Positions 44,753-58,602 of a DNA stretch of 64,000 nt are shown one piece after another; within the stretch, counting starts at the first letter, position 1; each line of letters starts with the position of its first letter. Source of the stretch: the human T2T-CHM13v2.0 reference genome, Homo sapiens; assembly GCF_009914755.1 (NCBI RefSeq), contig NC_060931.1; one strand, 5' to 3'. The position numbers and the translations under genes were made by a program. Below the pieces are notes generated by a model. That model had not been told where the DNA came from. It did not search any database and was given only the letters and a program-made list of their open reading frames with translations.

Positions 44753-47609
44753 AAGTGCAGTGTTTGCAGCCTGCTTTCCTTACACTGCTGTGATCGTTGG
44801 AAATTACATCATGTCTTCTGAAGGTGGAGAGTCAGTCCCTGATCCCCTTCGGTAGAATAATCCTACTCAGAATGTGGAACCTGGAAGGCACTTGGATAAA
44901 CCCAACCCATTCACTTTTGCTTGTTCTTGGGGGCGAGGGTGAAGGAAGGTGGTTCTTTCATGTAAACTGAAAACAACTCAGGATTAATATCAACTCTGTT
45001 TCTCACGAGGCACCAAAATGGCAGTCTGGGTTTTTGTTAAAAATAAAAGTTTTGGAGTTTCTTTATTAACAAACCTTTTGTTGTTGTTGCAGGATCATGC
45101 CCTAAACACCCATAATTTCATGAAACAGCATTGGGGGTGCTACAGAGGAGAGTGGGGAGAGGAAGTTGAAAAAGACGAATTTGGAGTCATCAAGCCTATA
45201 GTGGTGATAGCTAGGAAAGGGAAGGGTTGGCATACCCGCCCCCAGGGTGCTAAGTTTTTACAAGGCAGCCAGTAGAACTCTAGGGAACTAACCTTTATCC
45301 TGCAATTACTCTGCTGCAGGCAACATACTGGCCCTTACACAGATCCCCAAAGCTGGTGTCATTATCCACAATTCGCAATTTTCAAAAAAATGAAAGAGAA
45401 GCTCAGAGAGGTTAATAGTTAACCCAAGGTCACACACGTAAGATACACTTTTCTGTTTAAAAGCCTTCATGAATCTCTTATATCTTTACAGAAAAAGAAA
45501 CTCCAAACTTGTGTCCAGGGCCCTTCACACCCTAACTTTCCAGCCTCATTCCACAGCCCTCTACCTCCTGCATTGGATATCCCTGAGCATGGCCGCGTGG
45601 TCCTGCTCTGATGCTTTGCACCTGTTCTTGTCTCTATCTCCAATGCCCTCTCTGTAGGGCCACCTGACAAATGTCAGCTCATTTTTCCAAATTCTGCCCA
45701 GGTGTGTCCTCCTCCTCCAGGAAGTCTTCCAAGCTCATCCTGAGTTAGGGTTCCCTCTTATGAGCTTTGATAGCACCCTGTGCTTTGTGTATCTTCCACG
45801 ATGCTGCAATTCGCTACAAACCCAAATCTGACTGTCACTTCCAGACTCACACTCTTCAGTGGCTTCCCATGGTCCAGAGAATCCAAGGCCAAATTCTGAA
45901 TGGAAGCGCGGCATCCGATACTCAACCCTCTTGATGTGAAGTCTCCTCCCCAACCTTTTCTTCTCAAATTGCATCGTCCGGTTTGGTAGCCACTAGCCCC
46001 ATCCGGCTATTTACATTTAAAATATTTGAAAATGAAATATTTGAAAATGAAAGAAAATGAAAGAAATTTTGACTAAAAAAATTCAATTTTTTAGTCAAAT
46101 TAGCCACATTTTAAGTACTCAATAGTCACACGTGGCTAGTGGCTACCATATTAGTGCATTTTACTGTGTAGATTTAAATTATAAAACGTGATGTTACGGG
46201 GCATATTTAGATAGTTAAAAGGTTGTGATAGTGAAGCAACTTAACATACCCATCATCTCAGATAGTTACCTGTGGTTTTTTGTTTTTGTGGCAAGAGCAG
46301 CTAAAATCTACTCATTTATCACGAATCCCACATACAGTAAATTTTATTACCTATAGTCCTCATGTTGTACATTAGATATCTAGACTTGTTCATTCTACAT
46401 ACGTTCTCCTTTGGCAGCGCTGATTTACAGAACGTGTCCATCATTGCAGAAAGTTCTACCGGACAGTGCTGCTCTGGAGCCGTCTTCCTCCACTTCTTGC
46501 ATCACTTTTGACACTGATAGATTAAAACTTGTGCCTCTGTGCCTCTGTTTGTGCTGTTTCCTCTGCCTGGACTTCTCTTTCTACTCTTGCCCTCCTGGAT
46601 CAATTTTACATATCTCCCAATATAAGTTCAGGCATTGCATCCTCCAAGAACCTTTCCATGAATCCTGACTGGGCTAGGAGACCCTCTCTGTGTTCTTACA
46701 GCTCCCTTTTCCTATCTCTCTCACAGCACATATCCTCTTGGGTATTCAGCGTATCTCAATTGGAGAGGCCATAAGGGCAAACAAGGACCCTGGGCCTTAT
46801 TCATCTATTTCGTGCTCTGTTGGCTCCATATAGCCAGGGTTGAGCTATTTTTTCAGCACTGGAAACCTAGTGCCTAGAATAATATTGTTTCATAATAGAT
46901 GCTCAATAGAAACTTGCTAAATGAATGAATGACTCTGCATGGGTCAGCAGCAAGATATCCTTGGGAGAGCCTGGAGGTGCAAACATTGATATCCACTAGA
47001 ACAACAGAGTGTGCTATTAGAACATTTGGCTCTCCCCTCCCCGCCTCTCCTCCTCCTCTCCTTCTTCTTCACATTTTTGGATGTTTTCTGCTGTTTACCA
47101 TAGAATAAAAGGGAAATACATAAAAATATCCAGAAAAGACATAAAAATCATCCATCATCCCAACAGTGAGAGATGATGATTTTCCAGCATTATTTTATTA
47201 GCATTATTAACTTTTATTAGCATTTTTATTAGCATTATTATTTTATTAACATTATTATTTTAACTATTAACTCTGTCAGTATTCACTAAATCAGTATAGA
47301 TTTTTTAGTTTTTACATGGTTTGACATAGCTGAAAGTTGCACTCAGCAGATGGGACAAGGGACAGTTGGGCAGCTGTGCATGAGGAATCTTTCCAACAAA
47401 GCTGGATAGGGAACTGTGAGGTTATTCTCTGAAAAGAGCTACTCTCTGAAGGGCTGCTACTAGTTTGTCCAGCAAATGGCCCTTCTCTAGTGTCTTGGCC
47501 CAAAAACGTGGTGAAAAGAAGGTTCAGAAGAACTTCGGTTGATTCATAAAAACTATTCAGCAGCTCAACAAAATAGCAATGCTTAACTTTGTCATAGAAA
47601 ACTATACAG

Positions 47610-48102
47610 GTTATTCTCCATTGTCCCTCCAGATTCATTTTCCACCCTCTTCTGTCCTGTTTTGAGCCCTGAGTGCCCCATCTCTATGGAACATGCCACC
47701 CAGGCTCTCTTGCTCTCCGGATTCTCATTAAGTTTGGTAAATAGAAGGTACCAGCCAGGAGATCAGAGGGCAGGAAGAGAGATAACTTAGGGTCTTTCTT
47801 CCCCCTGCTACTTGTCCCCATGGGCTGTGGTTCTGGCAATGGCAGCATCTTTCTACCTAGGACTATAATTCCTGATAGAGAAATCCTCTTCCATGAATAT
47901 AACTCTTGCCAGGTTCCAATAATAATGTTCCCTCTCTTTGTCCCTTCAGGCCTAGGGTTGTACTGTTGCTAGCCCCTGGAGGTTTAACTATGCTTTGTTC
48001 TTAACCCCATGCACATTTCCATAGCCAGCCCCTTCATACAACTTTGTCTAATTAATCTTTTGAATACGTCATCTGTTTCCTTTTGGGACCCTGACTGATA
48101 GA
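47610..48102. mobile_element. LTR33-like ERVL LTR
   Basis: ggagatcagagggcaggaagagaga...ctgtttccttttgggaccctgactgata. Confidence 0.65.
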
Positions 48103-48191
48103 GTGGCAAATTACACACTGTCTTCTTTGGGGGTCTACCTCTCCCCCGACTTAACGTAGACATTGATATTTGTGGGCAAGATGCTACAGAG

Positions 48192-48393
48192 CAGGGACTG
48201 GAGAACCACGGAGGCGGACAGCACGCCGCTGTCTGTTTTTGTAAATAAAGTTTTATCAGACCTCAGCCACACCCACTGATTTACATATTTTCTATGGCTG
48301 GCGTTTGTGCTGCAACAGCTGAGTTGAGAAGTTGTGAGAAAGCCTAAAATCTTTGCTATCCGGCCTTTTACGGAAGCAGTTTTCCAACCCCTG
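48192..48393. mobile_element. MER58A hAT-Charlie element
   Basis: CAGGG...CCCCTG termini, gtttttgtaaataaagttttat. Confidence 0.8.
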
Positions 48394-49052
48394 CTGTAAA
48401 ACCACGCAAGCCTCCTCCGGACTAAATTCATCATTGTATTGCAGTCTGTGCCCACAGACTCGTGTAGAAAAGTCACACATCCTTTGCCTGTGCTGACCCC
48501 ACCCTTGACGCCAGTGCTGTGAAGTCAGCGTTTTATGGTACATCAGATCATAGGTTATGGTGCCAGACAGACCTTGGTTCAAGTCTCAGTTCTAACATTT
48601 ACTAGCAGACCTTGGGCAAGTTTTTAGAATTCTCTAAACCAAACTCAAGTTCTTAATCTGTAAAAAGGACATAATACCACCTCCCTCCCTCATAGACTCA
48701 TAGTGAGAAATGAGTAAGATGATGTGAAGTAAAATGCTTAACCCAGGTCCTGGCGCATAACGAATGCTTTGAAATTGCTAGCCCTCTATGCACCAAGTGC
48801 TAAGAGGTGGAAATAGAAATGTGTAATACATAGGACATAGTCTTTTGCCTCAAGGAGCTCATAGATATAATAAAAGATAAAGATGGCTTCCCTATAGAGA
48901 TTTTCTCATGTCCAGTTTGGGACTATAATGTAGCCTGAACCCTTACACCCACCTCCCCCTGCCCATCCCCACCCCTTTTCAAACTCCTAAGTCTGTCCTG
49001 TCTAATCCCAGTTGGGCAAATTGCAGAACCTCGTGTTTGGTGGAATGGTCTC

Positions 49053-49789
49053 TGATATGGTTTGGATGTTTGTCCTCTGCAAATCTCATGTCGAAATGTA
49101 ACTCCCAGTGTTGGCGGTGGGGCCTGGTGGGAGCTGTTTGGGTCATGGAGTCAGATCCCTCATGAATAGCTTGGTGGTGTCCTTGTGATAATGAGCGGGT
49201 TCTCACTCTGAGTTCATGTGTGATCTTGTTGATTAAAAGAGTGTAGCACCTACCCTTCTCTTGCTGCCGCTTTCACTATATGCATGCCTGATCTGCCTTC
49301 ACCTTCCACCATGAGTACAAGCTCCCTGAGGCCTCACCAGAAGCCAAGCAGATGCCAGCGCCATGCTTCTTGTACAGCCTGCAGAACTATGAGCCAATTA
49401 AACCTCTTTTTTTGTTTTGTTTTGTTTTGTTTTGAGACAGAGTCTCACTTTGTCACCCAGGCTAGAGTGCAGTGGCACAATCTCAGCTTGCTGCAACCTC
49501 TGCCTTCTGAGTTCAAGCAATTCTCGTGCTTCAGCCTCCTCGGTAGCTGGACTTACAGGCATATGCCACCATGCCCAGCTAATGTTTTATATTTTTAGTT
49601 CAGATGAAGTTTCAATATGTTGGCCAGGCTGGTCTCTAACTCCTGAGCTCAAGTGATCCACCTGCCTCAGCCTACCAAAGTGCTGGGATTATAGGCGTGA
49701 GCCACTGTGCCTGGCCAGAAACCTCTTTTCTTTATAAATTACCCAGCCTCATGTATTTCTTTATAGCAATGCAAGAATAGACTAACACA
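49053..49789 (+). mobile_element. MSTB-like solo LTR with an internal Alu (49406-49716, -)
   Basis: TGATATGG...CTAACACA; TSD GTCTC/GTCTT; Alu TSD AAACCTCTTT. Confidence 0.88.
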
Positions 49790-50515
49790 GTCTTCATTAT
49801 AGCCACTGCCCCGTTTTCATCCATCAGGTGGTAGTATCTCTGCTCTGTTAAAGGTGATTTGTGATCTACTTGGAGGTTATCACTTCAAGGCCACCCAATT
49901 CCATGGGTTCGGATGGAAAGATGCAGCTAGCGTGCAATGTCCTTTGCCTTTTATCTGCCTCATTGGGCTGCGATGCCATGATTCATCTGCAGTAGCGTAT
50001 TCCATACTACCACATCATCAGAAAGATCTCCACTTACTTATTGGCATTCCATGGGAGCCTTAGTGACAATGCTGAGCTGATGGAAGGGTCGTATGCATCA
50101 TGAATATGAATATCATTATTCAAATTACCCTGGTACATGTTGAAGATAAAAGGCAATGTTTTATTTTGTGTTCATTAAGCACTAGAGGGTATTTTCCCGT
50201 GGCTGCCGACTCATTATGCCTGTTATGGTTAATGGGAGTTAAATTCCAGCATCACGTTAAGGGGAAGAAACGATCCCTCAAGTATTTGGAAACTCTTTCC
50301 TCCAAATTGCAGATCAAAGCTAGGTTAGGAACTTGTATGCTGTCTTGCTAATGGATTAGACAAACTGCATTATTTGAATTTTTCTCTCAAAATGCTAACT
50401 TTCCCTAAGTAGAAATGATTACAGACATTTTGTAAGCATGAGTGATTGTGTGATCTACTACAGCCAGCCACTATTATGGCTTTTCCCTCCAGGGGAGAAA
50501 AATTAACATTGTCTA

Positions 50516-50829
50516 GGCTGGTTGCGGTGGCTCTCACACCTGTAATCTCAGCACTTTGGGAGGCCGAGGTGGGCAGATCGTGAGGTCTGGAGATCAAGAC
50601 CATCCTGGCCAACGTGGTGAAACCCGTCTCTATTAAAAATACAAAAATTAGCCAGGCGTGGTGGTGCATGCCTGTAATCCCAGCTACTCAGGAGGCTGAG
50701 GCAGGAGAATTGCTTGAACGAAGGAGTCGGAGGTTACAGTGAGCCAAGATTGCACCACTGCACTCCAGCCTGGGCAACAGAGCGAGACAGCAAGACTCCG
50801 TCTCAAAAAAAAAAAAAAGAAAAAAAAAA
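50516..50829 (+). mobile_element. AluSc-like
   Basis: full dimer; TSD approximately TAACATTRTCTA. Confidence 0.93.
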
Positions 50830-51619
50830 TAACATTATCTAAATGCGTGTTATGTATCAGGGGCTCTGCTTATGCCTTCTCACTCACAGTGAACAAAAAC
50901 CCCAATGAGACATCATATATATGAGGAAACTGAGGCCCAGAATGGTTAAATTACCCACCCCAAATCACCCAGCCGATGGGAGCGCCAGACAACAAGCCCA
51001 GGGCTTTCTGGCTTAAAAACATGAGAATCTACTGTTTGGGGCCATCTCCCAAGTGTCTGTCAGATGCCTGCTCTAGGAGAATGTTATGTTCGAGGATGGA
51101 GTAGGCATACGAGAAGAGCAAAAACTGAGCTTATAACAAAATTGCAGGAGAGGTGTGGCTGATTCGTAAGAACCCATACAAGCTATCTGCTTTTGTGGTT
51201 TTCTCCTCTTCCATAAACCTGCTGATGAGAAAATGAATTAATTCTGGGTCACTGTGGGTAAGAGCTAGGCAAGTGCCCCTTTCTGTGACTTGGGAGAGAG
51301 AAGGAGCCTGTCAGAGTGAGGGAATGTGGGCAGGAAAGAGCAAGTTGCTGGGTCGTGCCTTCAGCATCCTCCTGGAATAGGAGGTTCCACCTTGTCTGTC
51401 ACCTTACTGTAGAGGAGGCTTTTTAGTGACTTCTGGAAGGAAAGAAATCCTAGAAAGCTTAGCCCCATGCAGGTTTTCATAACATTTAAGACAAAATGTC
51501 TCTGCTGCCACATAACACCTGTTCTCTTGTTGTCACTCAAGATGGAGTAAAAAATTGATCCCTGCCCTCTTCATAGCATCTCTTCCTGTGACTGCTTTTG
51601 GGCCCTAAATAGAACATGG

Positions 51620-52075
51620 CCTAGCTTTGTATCTTCCTCCCAGGACCCATTTTCTGGGTCTGGGTAATGTTTGTGTTGTTCTCTTTTGTGCTCTCTTCAG
51701 CTCAGCTCTGTCTAGAGTGAAATGTGGGGCCCAGGAGGAAATGGAAATGGATCTGCTAAGCAACACTTGGAGAAACAGATGACTCTGCTGAGACCCCACC
51801 TGGAAGGCTGTGCTCAGCTCTGAGTACCTAATTACCAGCCAGGTACAGACAAATGGGGTGAGCGTGAGGGGAAACTCAACAAGAATGATGGAGAAGGACA
51901 ACTTGATTTATGAAGAAAGATTAAAAGAGCTGAATAGGTAGAGCTCAGTAAATGATGATCTGGAGGAACTCTGGGACCATTCACTTATAGCTGAAAGTTG
52001 TAAACAGTCAGCAAGTAAGAATTATTTCGGTTAGAGCTAAGAAATATAACAAAGAGTAATGAAGAGAAATTTATA
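51620..52075. mobile_element. CR1/L3 fragments
   Basis: tatgaagaaagattaaaagagctg (YEERLKEL-like) on +; ELKRAQKRTT (LERVQRRAT-like) on -. Confidence 0.5.
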
Positions 52076-52494
52076 ATAATAATGGACTGTAATGTTATAC
52101 CTATTTCCAACCCAAGGAACCTTAAGACATTTTATGGCTAAGTATAATATACATACTACAATGAGGCATACTCAGACTGTAAAGTGGCTTGTAATTTAGC
52201 TAAAGCCTTTTCAAAAAAAAATTTAGTGGGAGGGTAATGGGCACTTTGTGTGTAAAGCACAGGGCCTTGGCTTTGTTTTGCCTGCTGCCCACTCAAAGAC
52301 AGTGTAGGTGGAGAATGGTGTTGCTTTGCATAAACAAGACCACTTTCAAAGTTTCCTGCTGCCATTTTCAGAGAGGCACAGAATCCAAACCCCACTGTAT
52401 AGAAAAAAGTAGAAGGATCTTCACTGTCAGAGAATTGCAGGTCTGAAAAAACAGTGGAAGTCTGCTACAGCTTAGTTCTTAACACTAGGCGATG

Positions 52495-52845
52495 GCGTCA
52501 GTCCATTCAGGCAGCTGTAACAAAATACCATGGACTGGGTGGCTTATAAACAACAGAAATTTATTTCTTACGGTTCTGGAGGCTGGGAAGTCCAAGATCA
52601 AGGTGCCAGCAGATTGGGTTCATAGACGGATTCACAGATGGTGTCCTCCTGTTGTGTCCCACATGGCAGAAGAGGCATAGGAGCTCCCTGGGGCCTGATT
52701 TATAAGGGTGCTAATCTCATTCATGAGGGCCTAGCCCTTGTGACCTACTTACCTCCCAAAGGCCCCACTTCCTGTTACCATCACCTTGGGAGTTAGATTT
52801 CCAACATATGAATTTTGGAGACACACCAAAATTTAGAACCAGAGC
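52495..52845 (-). mobile_element. MLT1A/MSTD-like LTR
   Basis: aacaaaataccatggactgggtggcttataaacaacagaaatttatttct. Confidence 0.8.
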
Positions 52846-53249
52846 ACTGATGGAGTAGGTGGGACTGTAGCCGGAACTGCAACTTCTTTTTTTTTTTTGC
52901 CTTGCTTCTGTCCAGACTGTGAAATGGTGTGGATTTGACCACGTCTCCCCTTCTCTGAACCTCAGCATCCTCAGCCTCTGTCTGAGGAAGCAAACCTTTG
53001 TCCCTTTTCTGATTGGAATATTGAGGGATGGGTGAGCCTTTGCATTTTGCTGCTCTCTCTGCTTGGATTGCTTCGTCCTCAAATATCCACATCACCCACT
53101 TCCTCACTTCATTCAGATTCTGCTCAAATGAACTCATTAGAGAGACTGTACCTGGTCATCCTGCCTAAGATAGCAGGACTTTTCCCCGTTCATCATTCTC
53201 CAGTAACTTACTCTTCTTTATTTTATTTTTATTTTTTACTTTTTGGCTT

Positions 53250-53575
53250 TAGCTTTCTTTCTTTTTTTTAATTGTACTTTAAGTTCTAGGGTACATGTGC
53301 ACAACGTGCAGGTTTGTTACATATGTATACATGGGCCATGTTGGTGTGCTGCACCCATTAACTCATCATTTACATTAGGTATATCTCCTAATGCTATCCC
53401 TCCCCGCTCCCCTCACCCCATGACAAGCCCCGGTGTGTGATGTTCCCCACCCTGTGTCCAAGTGTTCTCATTGTTCAATTCCCACCTATAAGTGAGAACA
53501 TGCAGTGTTTGGTTTTCTGTCCTTGCAATAGTTTGCTCAGAATGATGGTTTCCAACTTCATCCATATCCCTACTC
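53250..53575 (-). mobile_element. L1PA 3' UTR fragment
   Basis: tactttaagttctagggtacatgtgcacaacgtgcagg. Confidence 0.92.
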
Positions 53576-53594
53576 TTATTTTTTTTAAGCATAC

Positions 53595-54732
<1,138 letters not shown>

Positions 54733-55227
54733 TACTTATCAACACCACAAATTATTGTATTATCCATATCATACCCGTCTCCCCGACTTGAATGTAAGCT
54801 CCTTAAGGACAGGGACTTTGTTCTGTCCATTGCTGCAACCAACACCTATATTACTTTCTGGCCACTTACAGCATATGCTCAGCATATATTAACAACGTGA
54901 ATGGACTTGATGTACCTTGGGTTTCTCAGATAAAGAAATTGCATGTGTAGTTTATGTCTGCAGCATGTTTTTAACCTCTTAAAATTCTCATCCTTTCAGT
55001 AGTCCTGTGGTATATGGTAGTGCTCTTCTCTCCAATTTACAGAGAGAAAAACTGAGGCAGATGTTTAAAACTTGAGACAAATATACATGGCAGGAACTAG
55101 ATTTAAACCCAGAGCTCCCACGTCCTCAGAGCTTTCTTTGGTTCTTAGGCATCTCCTCCCGGAGTCCAGATTTTATATCTTTATGCTCCTTGCCTCCTAC
55201 ATTGCACGAACTTGTAGAAAATCATAA

Positions 55228-55550
55228 AGGCACCAGACGTGGTGGCTCACGTCTGTAAGCCCAACACTTTGGGAAGCCAAGGTGGGTTGATCGCTTGAGC
55301 CCAGGAGTTTGAAACCAGCCTGGACAACGTGGTGAAACCCCATCTCTGAAAAAAAAATACAAAAATTAGCTGGGCATGGTGGCATGTGCCTGTAGTCCCA
55401 GCTATTCAGGAGGCTGAGGTAGGAGGATTACTGCTTGAGCCTGGGAGGTTGAGGCTGCAGTGTGCCAAGATCATGCACTCCAGCCTGGATGCCAGAGTGA
55501 GACCCTGTCTCAGAAACAAAAACAAAAACAAAAACAAAACAAACAAAAAA
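55228..55550 (+). mobile_element. AluJ
   Basis: gcttgagcccaggagttt, gaggctgcagtg, (CAAAAA)n tail. Confidence 0.9.
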
Positions 55551-56328
55551 CCCCCACATAGTTGTAAAGGGATTATAAAGAAACTCTTCATGAAGAATTG
55601 GCTAAGTGTATAAAGTAATGATCTCATTATAGGAAAATCTATAAAGCTGGGCCAACTCCCCTTGGTTGTTAATTATAGGTACCTGAAGTCTCTGGCACAG
55701 GTTGTTTGCACAATATATACTTCAGCTGGTTGTTCTATATGTACATACACAGTGCTTTGCTGTTCCAAGTAGCTGAGAAAGTGAAAGAGGTGCTTTGCTG
55801 CTGTGCTTTTTCTGCCTTCCATCTGGCTAAGATTCTTAATGGCCATATACAGGGCTGATAATGTGTTTTCTGACCTAAGTTTCCAGTGATTGTCTTTAAC
55901 TTAATACTTGCTGAGGCATCAGGAGGATTCAGAGGTTTCCCTCTCTAGTTCCTTTATTGGCTAGTATCAGCATCCTTTTAATTTTTGTCATTAATACTGA
56001 GTCAACAATATGCCAGGTAGCAATATGGGGACCTGGAGGAGGTAGTCATAGTTCTTGGCTGGAGTCCTCAGGAGAGAGTTTTAGCAGGAGATTTGAGAAG
56101 CTGGATCACTCTCAACGACTATTGTTGTCCTAGGAAATGAGGTTATGATGTGCTAGTTACTGTATGAGGAGCCTTTGAAACCAGTTTTTTTATCAGCAGG
56201 GAGTTGGGGGTTGATTCTCTGGCCAAGGGGAATCCAGGATGAACCAGCCACAAGGAAAAAAACCTCCAGAGACATCGTGAGGCCAGCACGATGGAGAGAA
56301 CATTTGGGGCTGACTTTTCCTCTCCCAT

Positions 56329-56684
56329 TGTATTAGTCCATTTTCACGGTGCTCATAAAGATATACCTGAGACTGGGTAATTTATAAAGGAAAGAGGTTT
56401 AATGGACTCACAGTTCCACATGGCTGAGGAGACCTCACAATCATGGCAGAAAGCAAAGGAGAAGCAAAGTCACGTCTTACATGGAGGCAGGCAAGAGAGA
56501 TTGTGCAGAGGAACTCCCATTTATAAAACCATCAGATCTCATGAGACTTATTCACTACCATGAGAACAGTATGGGGGAAACCACACCCATGATTAGGTTA
56601 TCTCCACCTGGCCCCACCCTTGATACATGGGGATTATTACAGTTCAAGTTGAGATTTGGGTGGGGACACAACCAAACCATATCA
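56329..56684 (-). mobile_element. THE1 (C/D-like) solo LTR
   Basis: TGTATTAGT...CCATATCA with perfect TSD CCCAT. Confidence 0.92.
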
Positions 56685-58284
56685 CCCATAAAGAACACTG
56701 TGTTGCATATTAGAGAGTGGATGCTTTGCTTTGTTTTTGCAGGTGGCTTTACTCTGTGCAACAGCTCAGTGAGTAAGGCCAGCCTTCTTAGTCCTACTTC
56801 TATGAATTGCAGAAGAAATGATAAAAGAACAAAGATTCTGGAGGCCATTGGCTTCCCTCAATTTGCAATAATTCCTTCTCTTTGAGACCACCCCCCTTAT
56901 CTCCTTATAGATCCAGATGCCATTTGAGAAGGTCAAATTACAAATACAAGAAGAAAAAAAGGCAGGTGCCAGTTAAGAAGTCCCTTTCTTCAAAGAAAAC
57001 TCATCTATGCAGACTTCCCAGTGTAAATCGGTAATGATTAAGTCTCCCTTCTTCTTTCTTCTTAATCAAAGATTTTTTTCTTTCTTTTTAGTCCTTCACC
57101 TGGCAGTGAGGAGAGTTCATTAACTTGGTGAACAAAGGGAACACATTTGAGCAACGTGCTTTAGAAGGGAGGGAGTAATGTTCATTTGCTGTGATTCTAC
57201 ATTTTGTGAAAACAGTTGTACAGATAGCTGTATTTTGGCTTCTGAAATGGTGAATGACAGCATTTGAATGCACAATTGTTCAGTATAATTTTAGGACATT
57301 GTGCCTGCCTCAGTGAATGGTCTTAAACTGCTCTGAGCCTGTGCAGAAGTGAGACTGGGGCCACCATAATCTCCAAAAGAGTTTCCTCCTCCATTTGCAG
57401 CAAAATTATATTTGACATGTACACCAGATGTCACAGTCATTTGTCCATTCTGAACATGCCCAGGAAATAATGCCAGAGACTGAAAATAGCAGAGTGTGTG
57501 CAGTTTTTTGAGCAAAGGGTGGATTAATGATTTTAATTAAGTTGGGTTTGCATGATTTTTTTCTGTGAAAATGATTTTTTAAAATTTTATTATAGTTTTA
57601 ATTGACAAGAAATAATGGTATATATCATGGCTACAATGTGACGTTTTGGTATATGTTTACATTGTGGAATGATTAAATCAAGCTAATTAACATATCTATC
57701 ACCTCACATATATGTCAATTGAAAATGATTTGCGGGGTCTCTCTATTAAACCTTAATTTAGGAATGTGTAGAGTTTGTCTATAAGATACATGAGGTTTTA
57801 ATTTTAATGTAAAACCCTGAAGATGGGAAAGATTATGTAGAATTATGGGAAAAGTAGATATTTTGGAATCAGATGGATCTTCCTTTAAATTCTGACTCTG
57901 CTTCTTCTTCTTAGCTGTTGAGACCTATGCAAGTTGTTTTTAAAAACTTCAGCTTCAGTTTCTTCATCCATAAAAAGAGAATAATAACACCTACTTAATT
58001 CAGCATTAGAGAATTCAGTAAAATGACAGATGTAAGCCTCCTGGCATTTGGAATGCACTCAACTGACTTCAGTCTCCTTCCACCCACCCTCTGTCCACTT
58101 TAAAGTGTATCCGATGAACACACAGCCAAGGTTTATGCAGGAGGCCCTGTTTGATGTACCCAAGAGCTGTTGCTGTCTGTACCTCCAGAAACCCCTTCTC
58201 ACAAGAGCCAGACAAACCGATAGTCATGCGAGCCTTTTGTAGACTCCACGGGAGGTCTTGGGCAGCTGCGCATTGCATGCCAGC

Positions 58285-58602
<318 letters not shown>

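Noticed and set aside
46021-46100. Short tandem duplications and a 13-bp inverted repeat (TTTGACTAAAAAA...TTTTTTAGTCAAA)
   Set aside because: AT-rich interior of a MER3/MER33-type DNA transposon; no evidence of an RNA gene.
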